Program-made: the position numbers and the translations under genes
Assembly: GCA_050015255.1 (NCBI GenBank)
Contig: JBEKBT010000015.1
Coordinates: 3,117-67,116 of the forward strand
Length of the DNA stretch: 64,000 nucleotides
Origin: Acidimicrobiales bacterium
Lineage (GTDB): Bacteria; Actinomycetota; Acidimicrobiia; Acidimicrobiales; Bog-793
Direction: 5' to 3'
The notes under the pieces: model-generated
Told to the model about the DNA's origin: nothing
Database searches by the model: none
The model's input: only the letters and a program-made list of their open reading frames with translations
Shown: piece by piece, positions 63,317 through 64,000 of the stretch
Position numbering within the stretch: position 1 is the first letter of the stretch
Layout of the letters: each line of letters opens with the position of its first letter

Positions 63317-64000
63317 TCAGCCCCCGGACGGTGGCGGCGGCGATCCGCTGCTCGGGCCAGCAGGGCCCCCTGCCGAGCCTTCTGGCGGTTCCTCGGTCGC
63401 AGACGAGCCGCCTGAGGCCGGGGTAGAGCCACCTGGCGTAGCTGGCACCTGGCTACCTGGCGACGGGTTCGGCGGGGTCACTGAGCTACCTGGCCAAGGC
63501 GGTGGCGAGCCGCTCGGTTGGGTCGGCACCGGACCACCTGGCGGGTACGGCATGGCGCCACCTGGCGGGTACGACGGCGCGCCACCTGGCCACGGCGGCG
63601 GACCAGAGGGAGGCGGCACAGGACCACCTGGCGCCGGTGGCCAGCCGGACTGAGAGTACTGAGGGCCGGCGGAACCGTAGCCCGCGGGACCCGATCCGTA
63701 TCCACCGGGACCGCCGGGACCGTAGCCCGCCGGCGGCCACGGTGGCGCGGGATAACCGCCGGATCCGGCTCCACCCTGGCGATAGTTCCGAAGCTCCTTG
63801 CCGACAGGCCAGTCCGAGAAGGCGAACACGAGGATCATCACCAGGTTGAGCAACGGGACCAGGAGCACGAGAGACCACCACGCCGAATACCCCGCCTTCG
63901 GGAGAATCTTCGCCGCGGCCACGATCAGCACCACGACAAGGACCAGCTCGATGAAGAAAAGGCCTCCGCCGCCTCGGTGTACAGCGGACAGCAGATACAT
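63317..64000 (-). CDS. membrane protein with two transmembrane helices and a long Pro/Gly/Tyr-rich tail (may be 5'-truncated by the window end)
   Basis: Two hydrophobic helices (LFFIELVLVVVLIVAAA; WWSLVLLVPLLNLVMILVFAF) form a DUF805-like GYSAWW..LVP pattern. About 160 aa of PPGG/GYG low complexity follow. Confidence 0.6.
   Translation of the reverse strand: MYLLSAVHRGGGGLFFIELVLVVVLIVAAAKILPKAGYSAWWSLVLLVPLLNLVMILVFAFSDWPVGKELRNYRQGGAGSGGYPAPPWPPAGYGPGGPGGYGSGPAGYGSAGPQYSQSGWPPAPGGPVPPPSGPPPWPGGAPSYPPGGAMPYPPGGPVPTQPSGSPPPWPGSSVTPPNPSPGSQVPATPGGSTPASGGSSATEEPPEGSAGGPAGPSSGSPPPPSGG

Overview
This 64 kb window is high-GC, densely packed core chromosome, most likely from an Actinomycetota genome. 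That assignment rests on a recognisable mycothiol synthase (mshD) and on actinobacterial synteny (relA-hisS-aspS-rarA-alaS-ruvX-aroE, and hisI-trpE). All product calls come from reading the supplied translations for family motifs; no database search was run.

Gene content, left to right:
- Arginine cluster argG'-argR-argB-argJ-argC (minus strand).
- An ABC-2 exporter pair.
- A long minus-strand operon: groES-like, hisI, trpE, ygfZ-like, DMT membrane protein, trpC, trpF, trpB, trpA.
- An orphan ATP-grasp ligase.
- hisF-hisA-hisH-hisB, then rlmN and mshD (minus strand).
- nth, a small hypothetical gene, then hisD-hisC (plus strand).
- pstBACS with candidate PHO boxes.
- An SDR gene, menG, menF, an alpha/beta hydrolase, ppm1, an AI-2E transporter, and a flippase-like membrane protein.
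- ppx-ppk.
- Two SEDS genes (FtsW/RodA family) flanking a DUF151 bifunctional-nuclease gene.
- aroE, ruvX, alaS, rarA, aspS, hisS, relA.
- A membrane-anchored hypothetical protein and a GT87/DUF2029-like membrane protein.
- A 1-Cys peroxiredoxin and a ComF-like phosphoribosyltransferase.
- A DrrAB-like ABC-2 exporter.
- A KdpD-like/KdpE-like two-component pair.
- Gly/Pro-rich membrane proteins at the right edge.

I found no rRNA, tRNA, CRISPR array, transposase, integrase or phage genes, and no convincing novel multi-gene system such as a defence island. The window looks like ordinary housekeeping DNA.

The points most worth a second look are local anomalies:
1. The DUF151 nuclease gene is split by a single extra base at the edge of a perfect 18-bp x7 coding repeat.
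2. The ABC ATPase carries an in-frame TAG where a conserved Trp belongs.
3. Many unrelated genes contain short in-frame tandem repeats.
4. A divergent GroES paralogue heads the hisI-trp operon.
5. A 200-bp convergent intergenic region is dense in direct repeats and hairpins.
6. Long runs of genes are joined by 4-nt GTGA/ATGA stop-start overlaps.

Many long ORFs in the track are antisense shadow ORFs, or 5' read-through extensions typical of high-GC DNA. I trimmed or rejected those.
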